Source: Fidelibacterota bacterium (GTDB lineage Bacteria; Fidelibacterota; Marinisomatia; Marinisomatales; Marinisomataceae). Taken from it: a DNA stretch of 27,229 bases. Made by a program: the position numbers and the translations under genes. This document shows, piece after piece, positions 1-8,285 of this stretch. Positions within the stretch are counted from its first letter, which is position 1; every line of letters starts with the position of its first letter. The notes beneath the pieces are model-generated. The model worked only from the letters and a program-made list of their open reading frames with translations. It did no database searches and had not been told where the DNA came from. The stretch is from positions 1-27,229 of the forward strand of contig DASCOP010000079.1 in NCBI GenBank assembly GCA_036012065.1, read 5' to 3'.

Positions 1-1090
1 TACCATTTAGAAAAGATTGTACCATATGTCTATTTTCAGCTGTATAGCCATATGCTTCCGCTTCGTTACTAACCACGGGCATACCACCGGATTCTGCATT
101 CTGTTTTTCAACAAGATCTTCACCTTCTGAACCAGCCACCTTTCGACTAAAAAATACCTTCAAATCTGGGTCCAATGTATTAACAAACATAGAATATTCT
201 GGCCCAAATAGTTCCATGCTGAGACGTAATCCTTCACCTACAAAACACCAAGATGTGGTAGTTTCAACAATGAGTTTATTATTATCTTCATCTAGATACT
301 CAATTAATGAGCGGGCAAAATCTTCTGATGGACGTTTTGAATAGTCAGTTTTCCCATTACTATTGTCAGATAAGATTTTTACATATTCAGGGCGTTGCCA
401 TTTTAGACAATCTGTATGCGCACTAATACTGATTGGAGTGATAGAATCACGAGGTTTTCCTGGCTCTGTTAACATAAAACGTGCTTCTTCAACAGAATGG
501 CACATCATATCATTTAAAACACCACCACCTTGTAATGATCCTTCCCAAAACCATGGCATATGGGGACCACTATGCTCTTCGGCTGCACGTGCTAAGTAAG
601 GTCGACCAGTGGTTGCTGCACCTCTAGCCCAAACAATCTCTTTACCTCGCGTGATGGAAGGAGCAAAAATCTGATTTTCTAGATATCCATCTAGGAGATT
701 TACACTTTGGGTCAGTTCTAAAACTTTTTTTGCTTCTTCTACATTTCTGCCTAAAGGTTTTTCACAGGTCACTCCGATTAGTTCCCCTTTTCCAGATGAA
801 ATAGCATTGGCAATTTCTTCAAATGTTTCAACTCTTGCAAAATTTGGAGAACATACCCACAAAGCATGGATATTAGGATCGGCAATCATATCAGTAATGG
901 AATCATAAGCTTTCGCATCACTGCCTACACCAATCGTCCGCGCCAGAGTAGCTGATTCTTCAGCAGATGCTTTTGTACGAGACATGACACCTACTACATC
1001 TGCATCTCGTACCCCAACCAGAGATTGAATATGAAAGCGAGTAATAAAGCCTCCTCCAATAAATCCAATACCTAATCTATTTTTTTCCAT
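1..1090 (-). CDS. Gfo/Idh/MocA family NAD(P)-dependent oxidoreductase, 3'-partial (runs off left edge; absent from ORF track)
   Basis: Manual translation from ATG at 1090: MEKNRLGIGFIGGGFITRFHIQSL (Rossmann GxGxxG-like), ...LWVCSPN...TCEKPLG (EKP motif)...GGGVLNDMMCHS (D-x3-H). The frame is open to position 2 (363 codons). The ATG lies 1 nt after the permease stop codon. Confidence 0.9.
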   Translation of the reverse strand, partial: MEKNRLGIGFIGGGFITRFHIQSLVGVRDADVVGVMSRTKASAEESATLARTIGVGSDAKAYDSITDMIADPNIHALWVCSPNFARVETFEEIANAISSGKGELIGVTCEKPLGRNVEEAKKVLELTQSVNLLDGYLENQIFAPSITRGKEIVWARGAATTGRPYLARAAEEHSGPHMPWFWEGSLQGGGVLNDMMCHSVEEARFMLTEPGKPRDSITPISISAHTDCLKWQRPEYVKILSDNSNGKTDYSKRPSEDFARSLIEYLDEDNNKLIVETTTSWCFVGEGLRLSMELFGPEYSMFVNTLDPDLKVFFSRKVAGSEGEDLVEKQNAESGGMPVVSNEAEAYGYTAENRHMVQSFLNG

Positions 1091-1091
1091 T

Positions 1092-2300
1092 TTATAATTG
1101 CTCTTTAGAATTCAACTTATCTTTAAATCCAATAAAGAAATACACAATCACTACAGTGGTCATAAGAGCAAAAACCAACCAAAACTGTTGCCAGCTTTGA
1201 ACAGACAATACTGTTTGGTCATTTAATAATAAATTATAAACATACCCAGCAACTTGTGCTCCAATAAACATACCCAATCCATAAGTGATTAAAACTAGAA
1301 ATCCTTGTGCTTGACTTCTTATATCAGCTGTTGATTTTTTATCAACATAAATTTGTCCTGCAACAAAGAATAAATCATAGCAAATCCCATGTAAGATTAT
1401 ACCTAAAAAAACCAATGATGTAATCCCAGTTGGTGCAGAAACTGCAAATAGAGCATATCGAACAGCCCAGGCCAGCATTCCTCCTAATAGAATATATTTA
1501 ACTCCATACCTAGCAAATAATAATGGTAAGATTAACATAAAAAGAACTTCAGACATTTGTCCAAATGACATTTTAAATGCTGGACTTGCAATCCCCATAT
1601 CAGAAACAAAAATAGGTGCAAAATTATAATATGCAGCTAGGGGAATACAAATTAGAAAAGAAGATAACGCAAATACAAAAAATGATTTTGATTTCAGTTT
1701 ATTTAGAGCGTTTAAACCAATAATATCTCTAAAAGAAATAGGCGCATCTTTACTTAATAGAGGAGGAGTTTTAGGCAAACTAAAACTATAAAAACCCAAA
1801 AATATTCCAGCAGTCCCAGCAATATAAAATGGAGTAGCATCATTATCTGCATTCAAAATCTTACTTACTAAAATACCAACAACAATCCAACCTAATGTTC
1901 CAAAAACGCGAATAAGGGGAAATTGTTTTTCTTGATTATCAATATGGCGAAAGGCTACAGAATTAGCAAGTCCCAAAGTTGGCATATAACAAATCATGTG
2001 CATAGCTAGCATTAGAATAAATATCATAGGTTTAGATGTGAAAAAAGGTGTTAAAAGCAGAAAACAACCGCTCAAAACATGGAGAATTCCTAATACTTTT
2101 TCGGCATTAAAATAACGATCAGCAACAAAACCAAGAAAAAATGGAGATATAATAGCTGCAAGAGGACTCACTGAATAAGCCCAATGCGTAATGGTTCCCA
2201 TACCTTCAGCTACCATAAAATTCCCAACAGTAACATACCAGCCCCCCCAAACGAAAAATTGAAGAAACATCATTGTTCCTAAACGAAAATTTTTGGTCAT
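1092..2300 (-). CDS. MFS nucleoside:H+ symporter (NHS; NupG/XapB-like) family permease; substrate unknown, probably a sugar or glycoside
   Basis: 402 aa with about 12 hydrophobic segments. NHS-type motifs: MMFLQFFVWGGW, FPLIRVFGTLGWI, GQMSEVLFML, GIILHGICYDLFFVAGQIYVD, AQG. Confidence 0.88.
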   Translation of the reverse strand: MTKNFRLGTMMFLQFFVWGGWYVTVGNFMVAEGMGTITHWAYSVSPLAAIISPFFLGFVADRYFNAEKVLGILHVLSGCFLLLTPFFTSKPMIFILMLAMHMICYMPTLGLANSVAFRHIDNQEKQFPLIRVFGTLGWIVVGILVSKILNADNDATPFYIAGTAGIFLGFYSFSLPKTPPLLSKDAPISFRDIIGLNALNKLKSKSFFVFALSSFLICIPLAAYYNFAPIFVSDMGIASPAFKMSFGQMSEVLFMLILPLLFARYGVKYILLGGMLAWAVRYALFAVSAPTGITSLVFLGIILHGICYDLFFVAGQIYVDKKSTADIRSQAQGFLVLITYGLGMFIGAQVAGYVYNLLLNDQTVLSVQSWQQFWLVFALMTTVVIVYFFIGFKDKLNSKEQL

Positions 2301-2323
2301 TTATTCACCTTAAAATATCTGGT

Positions 2324-3919
2324 TTAAATCAATTTTCGATTGACTGGATCCCATTCAATTCTTCGACCAGTTAAATATGATTCTGTAGCCATATGACAAG
2401 CAACACCTTCATGAAGTGCTACCTCAATATTACATTTAGGCTGTCCTCCGCTTCTAATTGAATCTAGCCAGTCTTTAATATGAAGATGAGTTGGGTCAAC
2501 TCGTTTTCCCTCTCTATAAGTATATAATAGCCCTTTATTCGCAAAATATTTAGAAGTTGCTGATGTTACACCATCAATTTGCTTTGATCCAGGCGAATAG
2601 GTATAAATTGGATATTTTGAATTGATAATACCTTGCTCAATACGTTCTTTGTATTGCGTTGATTGAGAATCTGCTGTTACAATAAATCCATGCACAGATC
2701 CACCTCCACTTTGACCGCCCATTTGCATAGTCGCATCGTGGCCCATGATTCGATTCCCACGTGCTTCATTACTCGAAAGTGATGCACTATAAAGAACAGT
2801 TAAATCTTTATCTGGATATTCAAAAGTTGCATTCCAAACATCTGGGACATCGCGTCCATCTTTATAAAAATAAATTCCTCCTGTCGAAGATGAATATTTT
2901 GGAATTCCCAAATCCATAATTTGATTGATAGCATCAAAATCATGTGACAATAAATCACCCGAAAGACCAGTACCATAATCAAACCAACAACGCCAACGGA
3001 AGAATCGTTTCAATGCTTCTTCACCAAATGGTATTTTATTGGGGGCTGGCTCTTGAAAGGTATCCCAATCGATTGTTTGAGCATTGCCTTTAGGGTGAAT
3101 ATCCCAAACCCAAGCTCCCCATGGAGAATTACGGTTTGTAGTTAACTCCACTAGGTTTATTGTACCCAATAAGCCTTGTTGAACGATTTTTTTTGCTTTT
3201 TCATTAGCTTCTACCTGTCTATTTTGATGACCAAGCTGAAATGTAATTCCAGCCTCTTTTACTGCATCGTAAACTTCGATTGTTTCGTCAAATGTTCTCG
3301 TTAAACCTTTTTCACAATAAACATGTTTCCCTGCTTTTGCAGCATCGATTGTAATGCGGGAATGCCAATGATCTGGAGTAGCAATGATTACAGCATCAAT
3401 GTCATCATCGGCTAAAAGATCTTTATAATGGCGATATCTTGTAGCAGTTTTTTTCGGTTTTCCGCCAGGTCGCACTTCATTTTGAGAAGCATCTAAACCT
3501 TGTTCTGCACGTACATCAAACAAATCACAAACTCCCACAAGTGAGCAATTCAAATCTTCTTGATCCATAAATGTTTTAAATTGTTTATCCAATTTATTTT
3601 TTCGTGCATTCTCAGATACGGTATTAGTCCAACCCGTAGTAGCAAACCCCGCACCACGAACCAAGTGTCCACCTCGACCTCCATAACCAATAATACCAAT
3701 ATTTAAATGTTTGCTATCTGAAAGACCTTTGATGATAGCCGGTGCCGACTTCTTCTCTTGAACCAAACCAGAAAGGATATTTGATTTTTTTAATCTATCT
3801 CTGCGTATTTTTCTCCAAACTTGAGAAAGAAACAGGCCAAATACTGGTACAGTTGCAAGTCCTTTTAATAATTCTCGGCGGTCCAAATCATTGCTTTGCT
3901 GTTTATTATTTTCACTCAT
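2324..3919 (-). CDS. Gfo/Idh/MocA family oxidoreductase with N-terminal twin-arginine-like/anchor segment
   Basis: 531 aa. N-terminal DRRELLKG followed by hydrophobic LATVPVFGLFLSQVW; IGIIGYGGRG Rossmann motif; AVIIATPDHWH; YCEKG; FFRWRCWFDYGTGLSGDLLSH. An AGGA SD-like motif lies upstream. Confidence 0.9.
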   Translation of the reverse strand: MSENNKQQSNDLDRRELLKGLATVPVFGLFLSQVWRKIRRDRLKKSNILSGLVQEKKSAPAIIKGLSDSKHLNIGIIGYGGRGGHLVRGAGFATTGWTNTVSENARKNKLDKQFKTFMDQEDLNCSLVGVCDLFDVRAEQGLDASQNEVRPGGKPKKTATRYRHYKDLLADDDIDAVIIATPDHWHSRITIDAAKAGKHVYCEKGLTRTFDETIEVYDAVKEAGITFQLGHQNRQVEANEKAKKIVQQGLLGTINLVELTTNRNSPWGAWVWDIHPKGNAQTIDWDTFQEPAPNKIPFGEEALKRFFRWRCWFDYGTGLSGDLLSHDFDAINQIMDLGIPKYSSSTGGIYFYKDGRDVPDVWNATFEYPDKDLTVLYSASLSSNEARGNRIMGHDATMQMGGQSGGGSVHGFIVTADSQSTQYKERIEQGIINSKYPIYTYSPGSKQIDGVTSATSKYFANKGLLYTYREGKRVDPTHLHIKDWLDSIRSGGQPKCNIEVALHEGVACHMATESYLTGRRIEWDPVNRKLI

Positions 3920-3931
3920 AATACATTTCCT

Positions 3932-4396
3932 CTAATTTGATTTGGTGAATAATCGATCTAGACCAATTATGTGGCCAGTAGGGAATGTATACATTACCCA
4001 CAGAGCACAGGCCTCAATTAAATTTTTATTTACAATGATATAACTGCCTTCTCCGGGTCTGGAATATTCTAGACCAAGAAAGGGAGGTGCAAAAAGATAA
4101 TATAACATTACAAATCCCATGCCTACTAAAGCAGAATAGCGACTAAATAAACCTAAAAGAAGGGATACGCCAACTAAAGTTAAGCCCCACATATTCACAA
4201 AATCTGATATTGTCAATAAGGTAGGATTAGACGCAATGGTTTCGGCCAATCCTGAAAATATCCATTTCGAATCCAATAAATAAGCAGCTGAAGACCAATA
4301 TGGATTGAGTATTTTTGAAACACCTTCATACAAAAAATGCCAACCAATGAGAACTCTCAAAGTAACAAGGCCATATAGCTGAAACTTATTGTTTAT
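3932..4396 (-). CDS. DoxX family membrane protein; start uncertain (the track start at 4567 is unlikely)
   Basis: LRVLIGWHFLYEG, NMWGLTLVGVSLLLGLFSR, EGSYIIVNKNLIE and GLDRL are DoxX-type motifs across about 4 TM segments. No in-frame ATG lies near the expected N-terminus. ATA at 4396 would give (M)NNKFQLYGLVTLRV. Confidence 0.8.
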   Translation of the reverse strand: MNNKFQLYGLVTLRVLIGWHFLYEGVSKILNPYWSSAAYLLDSKWIFSGLAETIASNPTLLTISDFVNMWGLTLVGVSLLLGLFSRYSALVGMGFVMLYYLFAPPFLGLEYSRPGEGSYIIVNKNLIEACALWVMYTFPTGHIIGLDRLFTKSN

Positions 4397-4461
4397 GATT
4401 GACGAGTCTAAATTGTTTACATTGATTTTGAAATTTAAGGAAAAAAAATTTATATGCCAAC

Positions 4462-6315
4462 TTAAGATAGATTTTCGGCTACAATATCTGCTACATCTTT
4501 TACTTTGATAGGCTCTTGCCCAGAAGGAGTAAGTGGGCCAACTCCTTGATTCATCATACCATAACAAAAATTACATCCTGTTACAACCGTATCAGCCTTT
4601 GATTCAATCACCTGTTCTGCTCGTAATAGGTGAGTACGTCCTTCACCACCTTCTTTCTTCCACCACAGCGCTCCTCCAGCACCACAACATAGAGTTTGTT
4701 TTCCATTTTCATCTAGTTCAAAAAATTCTGGTGCAGCAGCTTTTATTGCATTTCTTGGTGCACTCACCTCATCAAGAGTTCGAGATAAATTGCAAGGATC
4801 ATGATAAGTTACCTTTTCTAAAGATCCCGGATTAATATTAATTTTTCCTTGCTCTAATAATTCTGAAATCACCTGCGTATGATGCTTGACTTCATATTTA
4901 ATCTCATGATACTTACTATATTCTTTTTGAAGATTGACTACGCAATGTGGACACATGGTTGTCACATTTCTAACCTTATTTAATTCTTTCACATTTTGAT
5001 CCATTAACAATTGATAGGTTAATTTGTCTCCTAGCTTATTGGCAGGGTCTCCAGAGCACTGCTCATTGCTTAATACTCCATATGTTACACCAGCCGAATC
5101 TAGAATTTTTGTAAAGTTCTTCACCGAAGTTATAAAATTTGGATCCATAGCATGTTTAGCAAAACAACCCAACCAAAGAACTAGCTCCTTATCGCTAGTA
5201 TAGACTGGCAGTTGCTGAAGTAATTCACTTGAGGATGCACCTTCTGTATTGCCTGTTTCTTGTAGATTGCGTAATAGTTTCTGATACTCCTGAGGAACAT
5301 CTCCTTCAGCTAATACTTGAAAACTTCTAATTTCATCTGCTTTTTCTACATGATTTCCAACAGGACATACTTCTGTACATGCTTGACATGTTGTGCACTC
5401 CCATCCCGCTTCTACATTAATTTTATTTACAACATTTACATCACCAGATTCCAACATAGGTTGCTTTAAATCCAATATAAAATGATATTTTGGATCCAAA
5501 ACTCCTCCTCCTCTATTTGCAGGACATACATCAGTACATCGACCACATTCAACGCATGTAAAAATATCGAGCGCTTGATCTTTGCTAAGTCGTGATAGAT
5601 CCAATAATAGGTTGTCTAACTCTTCTTCAGATGCTTCTAAATCTATTGGTATAGCTGGATGGTTAGGGATTTCAAATGGTCTTAGAAAAATATTAAATGG
5701 CGACAATACTAGGTGCATATGTTTTGATTTAGGAATTAAAAATAAAAAACCGCCAATTACACCTGAGTGTATCCACCAATTCACTTTAAATGCTAGCGGA
5801 CTCTTAAGTAAATGTAATTCATCAATGAGATAAGTAGTCATCAAAGTAACGATAAAAATAGCAACTACACCGGATGTTGCAGAAAACTTGCCTAAAGCCT
5901 TTGGTTTGAGAACGAACCTACGGTAAGCCAAAACCACAATACCAAATGAACATAGAAGAGCCCATGGGCCGCCAAATAATCTAAAATACCACAGGCGGAA
6001 TGTGTCATTAAATAAATGAAATCCAAATGCCATCAAGAAATGATTAATGGTAATTAATCCAAAAAAGATAAATCCGTACATAACAAATGCATGCATTGTT
6101 CCAGCAGATTTTCTTGCACCGCTTGCTACTTTCTTATGCAAAATTACTTCATCAAATACTCTTTTCAATCTATTAGGTAACTGATCAATGCTAAAGTCAG
6201 ATTTACCTTTTAAAACGATTTTTAATCGAAAAAGCAGTTGATATAGAAAGAAAGATAGCCCAGAAGATAAAAATAGGACTAATACTATTTGCTCTAATAG
6301 AGAGAAGGATACCAT
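4462..6315 (-). CDS. Membrane-anchored heterodisulfide-reductase-like Fe-S oxidoreductase (FadF/EtfD type; probable ETF:quinone oxidoreductase)
   Basis: 617 aa. N-terminal membrane domain with His residues (TMHAF, INHF, WIHS, SKHMH); two 4Fe-4S motifs (CVECGRCTDVCP, CTTCQACTEVCP); two CCG-type domains (GCF/CSGDP/CPHC and HDPC/CCGAGG/CNFC). It follows etfA directly. Confidence 0.88.
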   Translation of the reverse strand: MVSFSLLEQIVLVLFLSSGLSFFLYQLLFRLKIVLKGKSDFSIDQLPNRLKRVFDEVILHKKVASGARKSAGTMHAFVMYGFIFFGLITINHFLMAFGFHLFNDTFRLWYFRLFGGPWALLCSFGIVVLAYRRFVLKPKALGKFSATSGVVAIFIVTLMTTYLIDELHLLKSPLAFKVNWWIHSGVIGGFLFLIPKSKHMHLVLSPFNIFLRPFEIPNHPAIPIDLEASEEELDNLLLDLSRLSKDQALDIFTCVECGRCTDVCPANRGGGVLDPKYHFILDLKQPMLESGDVNVVNKINVEAGWECTTCQACTEVCPVGNHVEKADEIRSFQVLAEGDVPQEYQKLLRNLQETGNTEGASSSELLQQLPVYTSDKELVLWLGCFAKHAMDPNFITSVKNFTKILDSAGVTYGVLSNEQCSGDPANKLGDKLTYQLLMDQNVKELNKVRNVTTMCPHCVVNLQKEYSKYHEIKYEVKHHTQVISELLEQGKININPGSLEKVTYHDPCNLSRTLDEVSAPRNAIKAAAPEFFELDENGKQTLCCGAGGALWWKKEGGEGRTHLLRAEQVIESKADTVVTGCNFCYGMMNQGVGPLTPSGQEPIKVKDVADIVAENLS

Positions 6316-6331
6316 ATGGTATAGAATTTAC

Positions 6332-7303
6332 TTACTTTTTAAGTTCTTCTGTCAATTTTGGTACAATTTCCATTAAATCGCCAATGACAGCGTAATCTGC
6401 AATTTCAAAAATAGGAGCTTCCTCATCTTTGTTAATTGCAATAATATTTTTTGAGCCTTTCATACCTACTACATGCTGAATAGCACCAGAAATACCTACA
6501 GAGAAGTATAGCTTAGGTGAAACAGCTTGTCCTGAACTTCCAATCTGTCTGTATGATGGCAACCAGCCCATATCAACTACGGGTCTCGATGAGGCTATTT
6601 CTGCCCCCATTGCTTCTGCTAAGGATTCGACCATAGGGATGTTATCCTCGCTTTCAATTCCTCTACCAACAGATACGATTAAATCTGCTGTAGTTAAGTC
6701 TACACCAGAAGAAGACTCTTGAAACTCTGGCTCGCTAATAGACTTAATGTCTTCATTGTTAAGATTTACTTCAAATACAGATGCCGCATCAGAACCTCCC
6801 AATTCTATATCATCACTAGAAAATGCTGCAGACTGAAAACTAAGAAGTGTTGTATTGTTACTTGCATCTGACTCAATATTAGTAGCAAGTTTTGCATTAA
6901 ACACTTGACGCGCAAATGCCGGGGTATCTCCATCATAAGTAACGGATATAATATCACTCACAAATGGTAAATTTAATTTTGCACTTACTCTAGGTAAGAA
7001 ATCACGTACCATATAAGAGTGTCCCATAATAACATATTGAGGAGATAAATCTGTAATAACATCTGATAACACTTTTGAATATCCATCAGCAGAATATGTA
7101 TTAATCATATCATGTTCTGCTAAGATTAAATCTTTTGCTTTGTATTCGCTAGCTTGTTCTTTGAGTGAGCTAGCATTTTCACCCATACATAAAATAGATA
7201 ATTCCATGCCTAACTTAGATGCTAAGCTTTGTCCGGCAGCTACTGCTTCTCTACTAAAAGCATGAATATTTCCTCTTTGATTTTCTAATACAACTAAAAT
7301 CAT
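6332..7303 (-). CDS. etfA: Electron transfer flavoprotein alpha subunit
   Basis: DLIVSVGRGI, SSRPVVDMGW, RQIGSSGQAVSPKLYFSVGISGAIQHVVGM and AINKDEEAPIFEIADY motifs. ATGA overlap with etfB. Confidence 0.96.
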   Translation of the reverse strand: MILVVLENQRGNIHAFSREAVAAGQSLASKLGMELSILCMGENASSLKEQASEYKAKDLILAEHDMINTYSADGYSKVLSDVITDLSPQYVIMGHSYMVRDFLPRVSAKLNLPFVSDIISVTYDGDTPAFARQVFNAKLATNIESDASNNTTLLSFQSAAFSSDDIELGGSDAASVFEVNLNNEDIKSISEPEFQESSSGVDLTTADLIVSVGRGIESEDNIPMVESLAEAMGAEIASSRPVVDMGWLPSYRQIGSSGQAVSPKLYFSVGISGAIQHVVGMKGSKNIIAINKDEEAPIFEIADYAVIGDLMEIVPKLTEELKK

Positions 7304-8067
7304 GATACTACTCTTAGTTTATTTTTTAATACATCCATAAGTTTTGCAACTATTCCATCAACATCACCTTCAATTTTCTCTGTAGCTTTCTCATTTTTAG
7401 GAATAAATAAATTAATAAAATTTTGTTTTTGTAAACCAGGTTGTCCAACGATTACTTTTGATTCTTTGCGTTTAGCACCCATGATTCCTTTTAATGAAGG
7501 ATATCGTGGCTCATTAATACCAGATTGTATAGATACGCTAGCTGGAAAAGGCAGTGTTACCCATTGGAACCATCCAGACTCTAGCTCTCTCTTAACTTTA
7601 ATTTTACTTTCTTGAATGTCAGTTTCAATGCCTAAAGTTGCAGTAGACATACCTAACATTTCGCCAATAAGCACTCCAGTTTGTCCAGATCCTAAATCAT
7701 CTGATTGTAAACCAGAAAAAATGATATCAAAATTTTCATCTTTGATGTTGTCAGCAAATAATTTTGCAATTGTTAATGGATCGGTGTTGGAATCTTCATT
7801 TTTAATAAAAATAGCTCGATCAGCACCTTTAGCAAGGCCATCTTTAAGAACTTTTGATGTATTATCTTCAGACCCCATTGTTATCACAACAACCTCACTG
7901 CTATTATCTAGCTTTTCTTTAATTTGTAATGCTTCTTCCAAAGCATATGAGTCACTTTCGTTGACTACGAAGTTTACAACTGCTTCATCAATCCATTTTG
8001 ATGTGGAATCTATTCGAATACTAGATTCATAGCTTGGAATTGCCTTTGTTAATACTGCTATTTTCAT
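7300..8067 (-). CDS. etfB: Electron transfer flavoprotein beta subunit
   Basis: NESDSYALEEALQIKE, LAKGADRA, GLQSDDLGSGQTG and NEPRYPSLKGIMGAKRK motifs. Confidence 0.96.
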   Translation of the reverse strand: MKIAVLTKAIPSYESSIRIDSTSKWIDEAVVNFVVNESDSYALEEALQIKEKLDNSSEVVVITMGSEDNTSKVLKDGLAKGADRAIFIKNEDSNTDPLTIAKLFADNIKDENFDIIFSGLQSDDLGSGQTGVLIGEMLGMSTATLGIETDIQESKIKVKRELESGWFQWVTLPFPASVSIQSGINEPRYPSLKGIMGAKRKESKVIVGQPGLQKQNFINLFIPKNEKATEKIEGDVDGIVAKLMDVLKNKLRVVS

Positions 8068-8100
8068 AATTCAAGGTCAATATAATAATATTTTTTTAAC

Positions 8101-8132
8101 AAAAACAATAAAAAACCGACTAGATAGTCGGT
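8101..8132 (-). terminator. Perfect 8-bp inverted repeat followed by a U-rich tract on the minus strand (terminator, or alternatively an operator)
   Basis: ACCGACTA (8115-8122) -GA- TAGTCGGT (8125-8132). On the minus strand it is followed by TTTTTATTGTTTTT (8114-8101). Confidence 0.6.
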
Positions 8133-8146
8133 AATAATATTTTGAC

Positions 8147-8220
8147 AAAAAAAACAGGCTATAAAAGAAAGTTGATAAGCGGGGGAAAGTCTTTCAATCT
8201 TTCGAAATTTTTATAGCCTG
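8147..8220 (-). terminator. Long imperfect hairpin plus U8 tract (terminator-like; possibly part of a small structured RNA)
   Basis: CAGGCTATAAAA (8155-8166) pairs with TTTTATAGCCTG (8209-8220). Inner helices GAAAG/CTTTC, TTGA/TCAA and AAG/CTT are present. A8 at 8147-8154 gives U8 directly 3' on the minus strand. Confidence 0.65.
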
Positions 8221-8285
8221 AAAATTTTTACTCGTTCTAGCAATTTAATGGTAAGGGTGAGGTATTGTAAAGTAAAAAATCTCTA

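Noticed and set aside
363-599. Plus-strand 78-aa ORF
   Set aside because: Antisense shadow of the minus-strand Gfo/Idh/MocA gene, which the track missed because it runs off the edge.
1-4450. Possible higher GC in the sugar cluster, suggesting horizontal transfer
   Set aside because: Spot counts of single lines overlapped those from etfA and gcdH. There is no integrase, tRNA or flanking repeat. A sliding-window GC and codon-usage calculation would be needed.
4397-4567. N-terminal 57 codons of the track's 211-aa DoxX ORF
   Set aside because: Overlaps the conserved FadF C-terminus by 106 nt in another frame and has no DoxX-like character.
2800-8032. Short ORFs 2800-2982, 4533-4835, 5582-5833 and 7616-8032
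   Set aside because: All lie wholly inside well-supported genes, on the opposite strand or in an alternative frame, with no motifs.
8172-8192. CCCCCGC (minus strand) as part of a cobalamin riboswitch
   Set aside because: The following ACUGU, the B12 box and the other conserved elements are absent, and the element is too short.
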